DNA of 64,000 bases from an uncultured Acidobacteriota bacterium (GTDB lineage: Bacteria; Acidobacteriota; Terriglobia; Acidiferrales; UBA7541). Where the stretch lies: assembly GCA_963841235.1 (NCBI GenBank), contig CAWJBU010000002.1:321274-385273 (forward strand). The letters are read 5' to 3'. Below are positions 46,970 through 57,123 of this stretch, in pieces. The notes below the pieces were generated by a model. It did no database searches and was not told the DNA's origin. It worked only from the letters and a program-made list of their open reading frames with translations. Both the position numbers and the translations under genes were made by a program. Each line of letters starts with the position of its first letter. Within the stretch, counting starts at the first letter, position 1.

Positions 46970-49900
46970 ATGCGGCATCGCACTTCACTCTATCTTTCCA
47001 TCGGGGCGGTTGCGGCGAGCCTGGTGCTGCCGCTGGCTACTGGAGTGGCTCGTTCGGAAAAGCGGCCGGTGGCGAGCAGCGCCGACCTTGCGACGACTAC
47101 GCTTGGATTGAGTGCGGCGCACCTGCGTGCGGGGGCACGCGGAATTCCGCTGGCGTTCGAAGTAAATCGCGGGCAGGCCGATCCGGCCGTGCAATACCGC
47201 GCGAGAGGCGAGGGATTCGAGCTTTTACTCGAGCGTGATGGAATTCATTTCACCACTCGAGCATCGCAATCTTCCACATCGCATATTTCGAGCCCTGATT
47301 CCATCTCTCTGCGGTTCGCGGGCGTCGCGCCGGAATTGATTTGGCGAGGACGGGATGAGCTTCCGGGCAGCGCGAATTATTTTTACGGGAAGGACCCGAG
47401 CCGTTGGCACAAGGATGTGCCGCTGTTCTTGGGTGCAGGGGCGGTCGGGATGGGGCCGGGAGTGGATTGCCTGGTCTATGCCGGAGAGCGCGGACCGGAG
47501 ATGGATTTTGATGTTGCGCGCGGCGCGGATTTGCGGCGAGTGCGGCTGGAGGTGAATGGCGCGCGGAATTTGCGGCTGAGCCCGGAGGGAGATCTTCTGA
47601 TCAAGGGCCGCGCGGCCATCATCCGTTTGCGGAATCCGGCGATTTATCAGGTGAGCGCCGGGCGGCGCGTGAGTGTCGAAGGACGCTATGCGCTGCTTTC
47701 GACGCATAAGTTCGCATTCCGGGTTGGCGCGTATGACCGGAACCTGCCGCTGGTGATCGATCCTTCCGTAGCGGTGACTTACACGACGTTTCTCGGCGGA
47801 ACAGGAGCGGATTCCGCGAACAGCGTAGCTCTCGATTCTTCGGGGGCGGTGTACATCAGCGGAACGACCGCCAGTGCCTCGTCTTTCGTGGAAAGCGTGA
47901 CGAAGAAATTTGGCCCCGGCGGCGGAGGCAATGATTTCTTCATTGCCAAAATCGATCCGACAAAGACGGGAGCCGCTTCGCTCGTCTATCTCACCTTCGT
48001 TGGCGGCAGTGGCGATGAGGAGGGCGGAAAGCTGGCGGTGATGCCAAGCAGCGGCGGCGTCGCGCTGGTGGGCACGACTACCTCAGCGGACTATTTCGTT
48101 TCGGACTCGACGAAGCTGGTGAAAGGCACGAGTGACCTGGCGTTGACGCTGCTGGGTCCCGCAGGCGACTCGATAGTCTTCTCAACTCTGCTCGATGGCA
48201 CCGGAGCGTTTGGAACCGAGGCCTCGCCGGTCGTGGCGTTTGATCCGAGCGGGAATGTGCTCGTTGCCGCGGATACGACCGCGGCATGATTTGCCGGTGA
48301 CGGCGGGCGCTTACGGCACGGTGTTTGGCGGCGGGACCACAGATGGAATGCTGGCGATGTATAGCGCAGCGGGTACGTTGAGCTATCTCAGCTACTTTGG
48401 GATCGACGGATACACGGATATCAACGGCGTAGCGCAGACCGTTACGGTGGGAGTGAGCGGGCTGGCGGTAGATCTTCTCGGACACGCCTACGTGGCCGGC
48501 TTTACGTCGCAGCCGGGAACCGGATTTCCGGTCACGAATGGATTTCAGACCACCTATGGCGGCGGGGCGTTCGACGGGTTTCTAATTTCGCTCAAGCCGA
48601 AGGGACTGGGCTCGGAAGACTTGATCTACTCGACTTTTCTTGGTGGAACAGATTCGGATCAGGCTTTTGCCGTCGCGGTCGATGAGGCCATTCCTGCCAA
48701 TGCTTATGTAGTCGGGACGACGACGTCGTCGGACGCGCTGACGGCGCCGGCGGTAACTGGATTCCAATCCGCGCTTCATGGAACGGCGAACGCGTTCTTG
48801 GCGACGGTGGGCCAATCGCAGGCGGGCGTGGCATCGCTGAGCTATGCGACTTATCTGGGCGGCAGCGCGAGCGATTCGGCGTTGGGAGTGGTGTCGCTGG
48901 GAACGGATGCGGTTTATGTGGCGGGGCATGCGGGCTCATTCGATTTTCCTACGCTGAACACGCTGCAATCGTTCAGCGGAACCGGCGATGCGTTCTTAGC
49001 GAAGTTGGATACCACGGCGGCGGGCGCCGCGTCGTTGCTCTATGCGACGTTGCTCGGAGGGGGCAGCGATTCGCAGGGGAATGGCGTCGCGGCGCTGCCG
49101 ACGGGGGAGATCATTGTGGCTGGGAGCACCACGTCGAATGATTTTCCAGTGGCGGGGAATCCGCAAAATGGCGTGCAGCCGATTTGTGCGAGTTGCCAGG
49201 CGGGTCCAGCGAAGCCGGATGCATTTGTTGTGGCGTTTGCGGAAAGCGCGGCGACCGGGCCGATTGTCTCGTTCAATGCGCCGCAACTGGATTTCGGGAA
49301 CCAGCTTTTTGGATCGCCGAATCCTCCGCAGATCGGAATTCTAACCAACGCCGGTACCGCGGCGCTCACGATTTCCGGGATTGCCATTACTGGAGCGGAT
49401 GCGTCCGATTTCTCGCAATCGAATGATTGTCCGCTGGGTCCGGCTACGCTGGTGCCACAAGCTAGTTGCCAGCTCACGGTGAATTTTGCGCCGTCCATTC
49501 CGAGCGCAGAGACCGCAGCAGTAACCTTCACGGATGATGCGGTGGGCAGCCCACAGAGCATCAACTTGACCGGCGCAGGGCAGGAGCCTCTAGCCACTCT
49601 CTCTGCCGCTTCGATTAATTTCGGTAATCAGCCGGCCGGGACCGTCAGCAATTCGCAGACGCTATCGGTGACGAATGGCGGGAATCTGGCGCTGAATATT
49701 TCCGTGGTGAACATGACTGGGCCTGACGTAGCGCAATTTCGATTTACCGGCAGCAATACGTGCACGAATCCGCCCATCGTGCAGGCTGGCGCCAGTTGCA
49801 TCTTGAACGTTGCATTCGCGCCGCAAACGATGGGGCCATTCAGCGCGACCATCGCATTCACGGACAATTCAGGGAATGTTTCTGCAGCATCTCAGTTGGT

Positions 49901-51497
49901 CGCCCTCACCGGGACAGGCACGGCGGCAGCGCCGACGGCCAACATCGCCCCTGCCGCCCTCAATTTTGGTTCAGAGAGCGTTGGGGCCTCGAGCGGGACG
50001 CAATCGACTGAGCTTAACAACACGGGCAGCTTGCCGCTGCAAGTCAGCTCGATTGCAATCAACGGAACGAATTCCTCCGACTTCAAGATCGCGTCCGGGA
50101 CGACGTGTCCAACAGGCGGCGGCACGGTGGGCGTTCCCGGGTCCTGCAACGTCAACGTTCTGTTTGCCCCTACGTCGACCGGCAGCAAATCGGCTACGCT
50201 TTCGTTCTCGGACAATGCTTCGGGTTCGCCGCAGAGCGTATCGCTAAGCGGTACGGGCATCAGTTCGCCGTCGCTCACGGTGGCGCCAACGAATGTCGGC
50301 TTTCAGGCACAGACGCTGAAGATGCCGAGTGCTGCCTCGACGGTGACGCTCTCAAATCCTGGTACAACACCGGTGCAAATCTCAGCCGTGGCGATCATTG
50401 GTCCCAACAGCGGCGATTTTGTGGAAACGAATAATTGCCCGGGGACGCTGAACCCGAGCGTGAGTTGCCAGGCCAGTGTGGTTTTTCAGCCGCTCGCTGG
50501 GGGAGCTCGGACGGCTTCGCTCTCGTTCGCGGATTCGGCCGCGGGAAGCCCGCAGACCGTGACGCTCTCGGGAACAGGCCTTGTGCCGGCGGTTACTCTC
50601 TCCCCAGGGAGCTTGAATTTTGCGCTGCAGCTTGCCGCGACTAGCAGCGCGCCGGCAACATCGACACTGCTGAACGCGGGCAACGGCGGCTTGGTAATCT
50701 CGAGTCTGGGTCTTAGCGGAGCGAATGCGACTGAATTTTCTGCGACGCAGAATTGCGGAGCGATGCTGGCGCCGGGGGCGTCGTGCAACGTGAGTGTTGT
50801 GTTTCAGCCGCAGGCGGGGCAGGCGGGAGCTGCGGCCGCTACGCTAAGCATCAACGACAATGCGCTGGATAGCCCCGAAACCATCGCGTTGTCTGGATCG
50901 GCGGATGATTTTTCGCTGACCGCGAGTACGAGTGGAAACGTCACGGCCGCCGTAAGTGCGGGTGCGACGGCAAATTATGGCTTGCAAATAAATTCGCTAA
51001 ATGGATTCGCCGGGAGTGTGGCGATGTCGTGCTCGGGCGCTCCTGCTCAAGCCTCGTGCAGCGTCTCGCCTTCGCCCGTGGCCGTTTCCGGAACGGGGGC
51101 GGCGCCATTTAGCGTGAGCGTTTCGACGCAGCAGGCTGTTGCCGCTCTGCCGGGCGCGCCGGTGGTCACGAAATGTAATCATTGGCCACCCAGAGTGGCG
51201 TTCGGCGAGTCGATTAGCCTGGAGATTGCCGTATTCGTGCTGGCGGTGCTCTGCGCCGCGGCATTCAGGCGCCGTCGGGCTTGGGCGCGTCTCGCGGTTG
51301 CGTCGCTCTACATCTTCGTGCTGCTTGCGGCGGTGGCGCTCACTTCTTGCGGCAGCGTTAGTTCAGGGACTCAGACTACTTTTCAGCCGGGCACGCCGCC
51401 GGGAACCTACACACTCACGGTGACCGGTGCCTTCACGCCCGGCGGCGCAACGCAGGCCGTCAGCCGCAGCGTTCAACTCACGCTCGCTGTGCAATAG
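46970..51497 (+). pseudogene. Large cell-surface protein (SBBP-type beta-propeller repeats plus at least 7 'choice-of-anchor D'-like Ig-fold repeats), one frameshift at about 48287
   Basis: Signal peptide 'MRHRTSLYLSIGAVAASLVLPLATG'. Repeats such as 'YTTFLGGTGADSANSVALDSSGAVYISGTT'. Frame 2 ends '...VAADTTAA*' and frame 3 continues 'DLPVTAGAYGTVFGG...'. Then come repeated ~95-aa units of the type 'LNFGNQ..G..S..Q...(V/L)TN.G...L.IS...(I/M)TG....F....(N)C....L....SC...V.F.P'. The C-terminus has two hydrophobic segments. Removing one base gives 1509 codons. Confidence 0.8.
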
Positions 51498-51868
51498 CCC
51501 GCACGAGGTCTAACCCGTTCGGAAGACCATCGGCGCGGCCTAAAGAGTGTGATCGAGAAAAAGGCTCGCCGCTCCTCGTGTACGTAGTTCCGCGACTCGT
51601 AGGATGGTGTTCGCCGCCAATTGCTGCTAGCCTTCGGTGGGAAATTGCATATGATCGCGTTCACGACAGAAGGAAAATTCGCCCCGAGCAGCCAGCCCGG
51701 CCCCCGGTTTTCTAATCGATACACGGATACGAACAGAAATCGCCGAAACCCATTGAAAATAGGGCACGGAGCTCATTTCTAACCGAGACAAAATTGCACC
51801 CCCCAGAAGCCTCGTTAGCGGCTCTCAAGGGCCCTGGAGTCTTGGAAAAACTCTCAAAAGGATTCTGC

Positions 51869-52993
51869 TCAGAACTCTTTGATGGCGATGTCGCGCGGAT
51901 GTGCGCCTACCGGAATCAGCGTGATGAGTCCGCCGGTGGCGGTGCGCACGATGGCGAGATCGTTCGATTGCGTATCGGCGACGAGCAGCATATCGCCGCC
52001 GGGACTGAAGGCGAGCGGGCCGGGCTGTTGGCCGACCTGGATGGGGCGGGCGACTTTGCGTTGGTCAATCGCGACAGGCACGACGTGGCCGGCAGCAGCA
52101 TCGGAGACGAAGAGCAGGGAATCGTCGGCGGTGAGCGCGGCCTGCGTCGGAGCCATACCGAGAAGGAGAAATTCCACCGCCTCGTTGGTCTCGGTGTTCA
52201 CAATCACGAGGCCGTGGGACGCGGCAGAAGTGACGTAAAGTTCGCCGCCGTCGTTCTTGAGATCGAGATCGTCGGGCACGCCGCCGATATCGAGATTGGC
52301 GAGCAGCACGCGCCGGCGCAAATCTACCACCGAGACCTGGCTCGAGCCGCCCGAGGTGATGAAGGCTTTGGAGCTGTCGGGCACGATGGCGATTTGTTCG
52401 GGGCGCGGCGCGACTTCGACGACGCCGAGCACGGCCAGCGACTTGGTGTCGAGGAGCGAGACACTGCTGTCATCGTGATTCGAGACCAGCAGAGTTTTGC
52501 CGTCGGGAGTGAGGCGCGCGATCCACGGGCGCTGTCCGGCGTGGCCGCGAGCGACGATTTGCCGCGAAGCGCAATCGATCGCCAGAATCTCGTTCGAGCC
52601 GGAGGAGGCCACGTAAGCGCGGCGTCCATCGGGCGAAAAATCGAGCGCGAAGGGCTGCGCGCCGGTGGGAATTTGCGCGACGATGGAATTCGAGCGTGTG
52701 TCGAGGATCCAGGCCACGCCCGCTGCCGAGCTCACACCCCAAATTTCCGGGCGGGTAGGATGCGCGCGCAAGCCGCTTGGTTCGGAGCCCACGGCGATCG
52801 TGGCGATCGGAGCGAGTCTTACGAGATCGATGGCCGAGATGGTGCCGTCGGCGGTGTTGGCCACGTAGGCGTTCAGATGCAGGCCGGGGCGCAGGTAGGC
52901 GGGGAGCTTTTCGACCCAGATGAGTTGGACGCCGATCGCGGCGAGAATCGCGATGAGGACTACGACGCGATAGTTCAGGCGAAGCTTCTTCAT
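51869..52993 (-). CDS. YVTN-family (YncE / cytochrome-D1-like) beta-propeller protein with N-terminal anchor
   Basis: TM or signal segment 'VVVLIAILAAIGVQLIW'. About seven repeats of the type 'YVANTADGTISAIDL', 'AYVASSGSNEILAID', 'LLVSNHDDSSVSLLD', 'LYVTSAASHGLVIVN'. Confidence 0.85.
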   Translation of the reverse strand: MKKLRLNYRVVVLIAILAAIGVQLIWVEKLPAYLRPGLHLNAYVANTADGTISAIDLVRLAPIATIAVGSEPSGLRAHPTRPEIWGVSSAAGVAWILDTRSNSIVAQIPTGAQPFALDFSPDGRRAYVASSGSNEILAIDCASRQIVARGHAGQRPWIARLTPDGKTLLVSNHDDSSVSLLDTKSLAVLGVVEVAPRPEQIAIVPDSSKAFITSGGSSQVSVVDLRRRVLLANLDIGGVPDDLDLKNDGGELYVTSAASHGLVIVNTETNEAVEFLLLGMAPTQAALTADDSLLFVSDAAAGHVVPVAIDQRKVARPIQVGQQPGPLAFSPGGDMLLVADTQSNDLAIVRTATGGLITLIPVGAHPRDIAIKEF

Positions 52994-53039
52994 GAGGAGG
53001 CGCGCGGCCTGCGGCTGATCGGCGCGCTGCGCGTGGCGC

Positions 53040-54068
53040 TCAATTTAGCGATCGATGCAGCACGCTCGCAATCTGATTCACTTCGGCCATGAGTTGCACA
53101 AATTCCGACGGAACGATGGATTGCATGCCATCGGAGAGCGCGCGATCGGGATCATTGTGCACTTCGACGAGCAGGCCATCGGCGCCCACCGCGACGGCCG
53201 CGCGCGAAAGCGGCAGGACTTTATTGCGGCGGCCGGTGCCGTGGCTCGGATCGACAACGATCGGCAGATGGCTGCGGAGCTGCACGGCTGGAATCATGCT
53301 CAGGTCGAGGGTATTGCGCGTGTGATCGCTGAAAGTGCGCACACCGCGCTCGCAGAGGATGATGTTGTAGTTGCCCTCGGCCATGATGTATTCGGCGGCC
53401 ATCAGGAATTCATCGAGCGTTGCGGACATTCCGCGCTTCAGGAGAATCGGCTTTTTGGCGCGGCCGGCGCGTTTCAGGAGTGAGAAATTCTGCATGTTGC
53501 GTGCGCCGATTTGAATCACGTCGGCGTAGCGCTCGACGAGATCGAGGCTTTCGTTGTCGATGGCTTCGGTGACGATGCCGAGGCCGAATTTGTCGCGCAC
53601 GGATGCGAGAATTTTCAGCCCGGGCTCGCCGAGCCCTTGGAAGCTGTAGGGCGAAGTGCGCGGCTTGTAAGCGCCGCCGCGGAAAAGGCGGGCGCCGGCT
53701 TTTTTCACGGCTTCAGCGACGGCGAAAGCTTGCTCGCAAGTTTCAATGGCGCAGGGACCAGCAACGATGCCGACGGCCGGGCCGCCGAATGTGACATCGC
53801 CGAGCGGCGTGGGAATTCGGACAACCGAGTTTTCTTGCTTGATATCGCGACTGACGAGCTTATAGGGCTTGCTGACGGGAATACATTCTACGACGCCGGA
53901 CATGGCTTCGAGCGAGCCGATGTCCACAGCGCCGGTATTGCCGGTGATGCCGATAGCAGTGCGAATCGAGCCGGGAATCGGATGCGCCTTGAATCCCAGC
54001 GATTCGATGCGCTCGCAAACCGCCCGCACCTGCTCTTCGGTAGCATGAGATTGCATTACAACAAGCAT
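53040..54068 (-). CDS. aroF: 3-deoxy-7-phosphoheptulonate (DAHP) synthase, type I-beta with N-terminal regulatory ferredoxin-like domain
   Basis: ATG 54068 after AAGGAAA. The N-terminal domain is '[26 protein letters not shown]'. The core has 'GPCAIE', '[18 protein letters not shown]' and 'VDPSH'. 342 aa. Confidence 0.9.
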   Translation of the reverse strand: MLVVMQSHATEEQVRAVCERIESLGFKAHPIPGSIRTAIGITGNTGAVDIGSLEAMSGVVECIPVSKPYKLVSRDIKQENSVVRIPTPLGDVTFGGPAVGIVAGPCAIETCEQAFAVAEAVKKAGARLFRGGAYKPRTSPYSFQGLGEPGLKILASVRDKFGLGIVTEAIDNESLDLVERYADVIQIGARNMQNFSLLKRAGRAKKPILLKRGMSATLDEFLMAAEYIMAEGNYNIILCERGVRTFSDHTRNTLDLSMIPAVQLRSHLPIVVDPSHGTGRRNKVLPLSRAAVAVGADGLLVEVHNDPDRALSDGMQSIVPSEFVQLMAEVNQIASVLHRSLN

Positions 54069-54111
54069 CGAAGAAAATTTCCTTGGTTTCGCCGTTGTGG
54101 GGGAAGGTCTT

Positions 54112-54158
54112 TTTACCCTGAGGCCCGTACCGGGGCCGAAGGACAACCCTCCCGCCGT
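54112..54158. repeat. Inverted copy of the 30074-30126 repeat family
   Basis: 'aggtctttttaccctgaggcccgtaccggggccgaaggacaa' matches the reverse complement of 30078-30124, at about 85 % by eye. Confidence 0.7.
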
Positions 54159-54304
54159 TCGGCCCCTTCGCATCGTGCCACTGCTTGCGAAAGCGCCGCC
54201 CAGCGAAACGAAAAGTTTACTTCATCGTTTCGAGCCCTGCAAATTCCAAGGCAGAGCTGAGACGGAGGTCGGCAGCCTTTGTAATTGCCGGGAATTCGGA
54301 AAAT

Positions 54305-54342
54305 GCAGATCCCTCATCCGCCGCGGCGGATTCTGGATGACA
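54305..54342 (-). repeat. Palindromic repeat, 'GTCATCC...GGATCT' family
   Basis: The minus strand reads 'tgtcatccagaatccgccgcggcggatgagggatctgc'. It overlaps the last ~9 codons and the stop of the S41 peptidase gene. Confidence 0.8.
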
Positions 54343-55696
54343 CCGCTGGCTCGCTTTCTGGGAACTTGAAAGACGATGCAGGCCGCGATTGTTGCAAGGT
54401 CTTCGCGGCCTCGGCGAGGGCCGCGTCGCGCTTCTGCTGTAGGTCGGCGATTGTAGGGGCGACGATTTTATCGGGGATTATGCCCGCACCTTCGAGCTTG
54501 CGGCCTTTTGGCGTCATCCACATGGATTCGCTGATTTCGAGGACGCTGCCGCCCTTCATCTCTCTCGGCTTGGTGATGCCGAGGACGCAGCCGCAGGTCT
54601 GCGTGCCGATTACTTTCACGCGGCCGATTTCCTGCATTCCGCCGGAGAAAATTTCGGAGGCGCTGGCGGTTCGCGGACCGACGAGCAGCGTAACGGGGCC
54701 AGCGTAGATTGCTGCACTGCGCTGCCCGGCCTCGACGTCGAGCTTCAGCTTGACGAGGCCGCCGAGCCAGGCGATGGGCTTGCCCGTGCGCGTCGTATAT
54801 TTTGCGATCAAGGTCTTGTCGTTCAAAAAGTAGCCGGCGATCGCGATGACTGGATCGAGCTCTCCGCCGCCATTGCCGCGCAGATCCACGATTACGCCGG
54901 GTGCGTTTCGAACCTTTTCCAGCGCGGCTTTGAACTCCTTCGCTGTCTTGTGATTGAAGCCGTCGAATTCGATATAGGCCTCGCCCGAAGGCAGGAGCCG
55001 CGATTCGACGCTCGGGACATTCGGATAAATTTGCGCCGTCAGAGTCGCTTCGAATGCGGAGCCGTCAAAGCGCGCGAGGCCGAGTTTGACGGCTGAACCG
55101 ATCGGCGCAGAAAAAACGTCGCGATAGACGAACAATTGATCGGCGCGCTCCGATGATGACGACTCGCGCTTGGCCGCGGCTTCGGCGATGCAGTCCGCGA
55201 TGGGCTTGCCATCGACGCTGATGACGATCATGCCCGGCTGAATGCCGGCGCGGAGCGCCTCGGAATCCGGTTCGACCGCGGTGATCACCGTCTTGCCTTC
55301 GACTTCCGCGGCGGTGAATCCGAGGCCGGCGTGTTCGTGCAGCTTGATGCGCTTCCATTGATCGGGGGAATAGAAGCGCGTGTGGGCGTCGTGGAGCTCG
55401 CCGGTCATGCGCCGGACGATGGCGTAGAAATCCTCGTCGTCTTTTGCGGCGCGCACTTCGGGCAGATATTGATCGTGGATGTGATCCCAATTCACGCCGT
55501 GGAATGAGGGATCGTAGTAGAAGTCGCGAATATCGCGCCAGACTGTGTCGAAAATGTCGAGGCGGGATCGTTGGGAGAGCGGAGATTGCTCGCGTGCGGG
55601 AATTGCGTGGCTGGCAGAGCCAGCAACGAGCGCCAGCGTCAGAAGCAGAGCCAGAGACCATGGACCTCTTCGGAGACGCTGGGCCGATGCGATCAT
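54314..55696 (-). CDS. S41-family C-terminal processing peptidase with PDZ domain
   Basis: ATG 55696 after AAGGAGAG. Signal 'WSLALLLTLALVAGSASHA', PDZ region 'GIQPGMIVISVDGKPI', and S41 block 'VIVDLRGNGGGEL'. The ORF is open to 55723. Confidence 0.88.
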   Translation of the reverse strand: MIASAQRLRRGPWSLALLLTLALVAGSASHAIPAREQSPLSQRSRLDIFDTVWRDIRDFYYDPSFHGVNWDHIHDQYLPEVRAAKDDEDFYAIVRRMTGELHDAHTRFYSPDQWKRIKLHEHAGLGFTAAEVEGKTVITAVEPDSEALRAGIQPGMIVISVDGKPIADCIAEAAAKRESSSSERADQLFVYRDVFSAPIGSAVKLGLARFDGSAFEATLTAQIYPNVPSVESRLLPSGEAYIEFDGFNHKTAKEFKAALEKVRNAPGVIVDLRGNGGGELDPVIAIAGYFLNDKTLIAKYTTRTGKPIAWLGGLVKLKLDVEAGQRSAAIYAGPVTLLVGPRTASASEIFSGGMQEIGRVKVIGTQTCGCVLGITKPREMKGGSVLEISESMWMTPKGRKLEGAGIIPDKIVAPTIADLQQKRDAALAEAAKTLQQSRPASSFKFPESEPAVSSRIRRGG

Positions 55697-55842
55697 TTCG
55701 TGGCCTCTCCTTTGCGCGCGCAAGAAATGAATCTGAGAGGTTTACCGCAATTCTGGGCAACTAGGAATCGCAATTTTGAGGAGGGGTTGTATTCGTGATT
55801 GCGGACGAGTGGTCGATCGATGGCGGGACTGTGCTCGAAGAT

Positions 55843-55866
55843 GCCGGGCTAAGAGCCCGGCGCTAC
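55843..55866 (-). repeat. REP-like hairpin (minus strand: GTAGCGCCGGGC-TCTTA-GCCCGGC)
   Basis: GTAG head on the minus strand with 7-bp stem GCCGGGC/GCCCGGC, in the divergent gap between the S41 peptidase and nfo. Confidence 0.75.
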
Positions 55867-55990
55867 ATAACCATTGCCGATTTTGAGTCACTTCAGACGC
55901 GTTTGCGGCGTTTCGTAAATTCCGTTACACTACTTCGTGCTGCAAGTCGATGCGGCGCTCACCGTTTGCTTTCCGGGAAATTCTGAGGGA

Positions 55991-57121
55991 ATGGCCGAAG
56001 AACCACAGAACATAGTACCCGCCTACGAAGACGAGGACGAATACCGCCCGGAACCGACTCCGCCACCCGCGCCGCCCGCGTGGAAGGACGGCAGCACGCG
56101 CGTTGGAATTCACACTTCGATTGCCGGTGATATCGCCGGAGCGCTGGATATTGCGCACGGACTGGGCGCAAATGCGCTGCAGATTTTCTCGTCAAGCCCG
56201 CGGATGTGGTCGCGCGATCGAGACAGCTCGCGCATTCAAGCCGCCGATGCGGCGCGATTCCGCGAGCGCCGCGAGGCTTTGGGCCTCGGCCCGCTGGTCA
56301 TTCACGACAACTACCTGATCAATCTTGGCTCGCCGGATCGCGTGCTTCGCGCCCGATCTGTGCAGGCATTTCACGGCGAGCTTGTGCGGGCGCTGGCGCT
56401 GGGCGCGGATTTTCTGGTGGCACATCCCGGCGCCTGCTGCGGATCTTCCATGCAAGACGCCATTTCGGCGATTGCCGATGGATTGCGGCAAGCGGCGCGC
56501 GGATTGAAGCTCGATGGCCTGCGAATTCTTCTCGAGAATACGGCGGGGCAGGGAAGTTCGGTCGGTTCGCGATTTGAGGAGCTGCGCGCGATTCTCGATC
56601 TGTGCGGCGATTTGCCGATGGGCGTGTGTGTGGATACGGCGCATATATTTGCCGCCGGCCATGACATTCGCACGGCGGAAGGCCTCGAACGGGCGCTGCA
56701 GCATGTGCAGACGACGATCGGGCTGGCGAATGTGTACGTGGTTCACACGAATGATTCGAAGACGCCGCTCGGATCGCGCGTCGACCGCCACGATCACATC
56801 GGCAAAGGTCATATCGGTCTGGAAGCGTTCGGGCGAATTTTGAATCACCCGCTGCTTGCGGGCCGTGCGTTCATTCTCGAAACCCCGATTGACAAGCCCG
56901 GCGATGACCGCCGCAACGTCGCGGCGCTATGGAAGCTGCTGGGCAGGGAAGTGCCGAAGCAGCGGCGAGGGCGAGATGGCATCGCGATTCGGCACCGCGT
57001 GAAAGCGCGAACGGCACGCCGAACGGGCCGCGCGCACCCGAGCGAGCGTCCGCGAAAAGCGGCTCGCGCGAAGGCTGCCGCGCGCCGCGCAGCTCTGAAA
57101 TCACGAAGACGAGGGAACTGA
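55991..57121 (+). CDS. nfo: Deoxyribonuclease IV (endonuclease IV) with an acidic/Pro-rich N-terminal and a basic C-terminal extension
   Basis: ATG 55991 after GAGGGA. Core motifs: 'IHTSIAG', '[11 protein letters not shown]', 'HDNYLINL', 'VAHPG', '[12 protein letters not shown]', '[13 protein letters not shown]', 'HTNDSK...[12 protein letters not shown]'. Confidence 0.9.
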   Translation: MAEEPQNIVPAYEDEDEYRPEPTPPPAPPAWKDGSTRVGIHTSIAGDIAGALDIAHGLGANALQIFSSSPRMWSRDRDSSRIQAADAARFRERREALGLGPLVIHDNYLINLGSPDRVLRARSVQAFHGELVRALALGADFLVAHPGACCGSSMQDAISAIADGLRQAARGLKLDGLRILLENTAGQGSSVGSRFEELRAILDLCGDLPMGVCVDTAHIFAAGHDIRTAEGLERALQHVQTTIGLANVYVVHTNDSKTPLGSRVDRHDHIGKGHIGLEAFGRILNHPLLAGRAFILETPIDKPGDDRRNVAALWKLLGREVPKQRRGRDGIAIRHRVKARTARRTGRAHPSERPRKAARAKAAARRAALKSRRRGN

Positions 57122-57123
57122 TC

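Noticed and set aside
51794-53092. 432-aa plus-strand ORF.
   Set aside because: It is antisense to the YVTN beta-propeller gene, which has regular repeat architecture and an N-terminal anchor. The plus-strand translation is Gly/Asp/Arg/Ala-rich noise.
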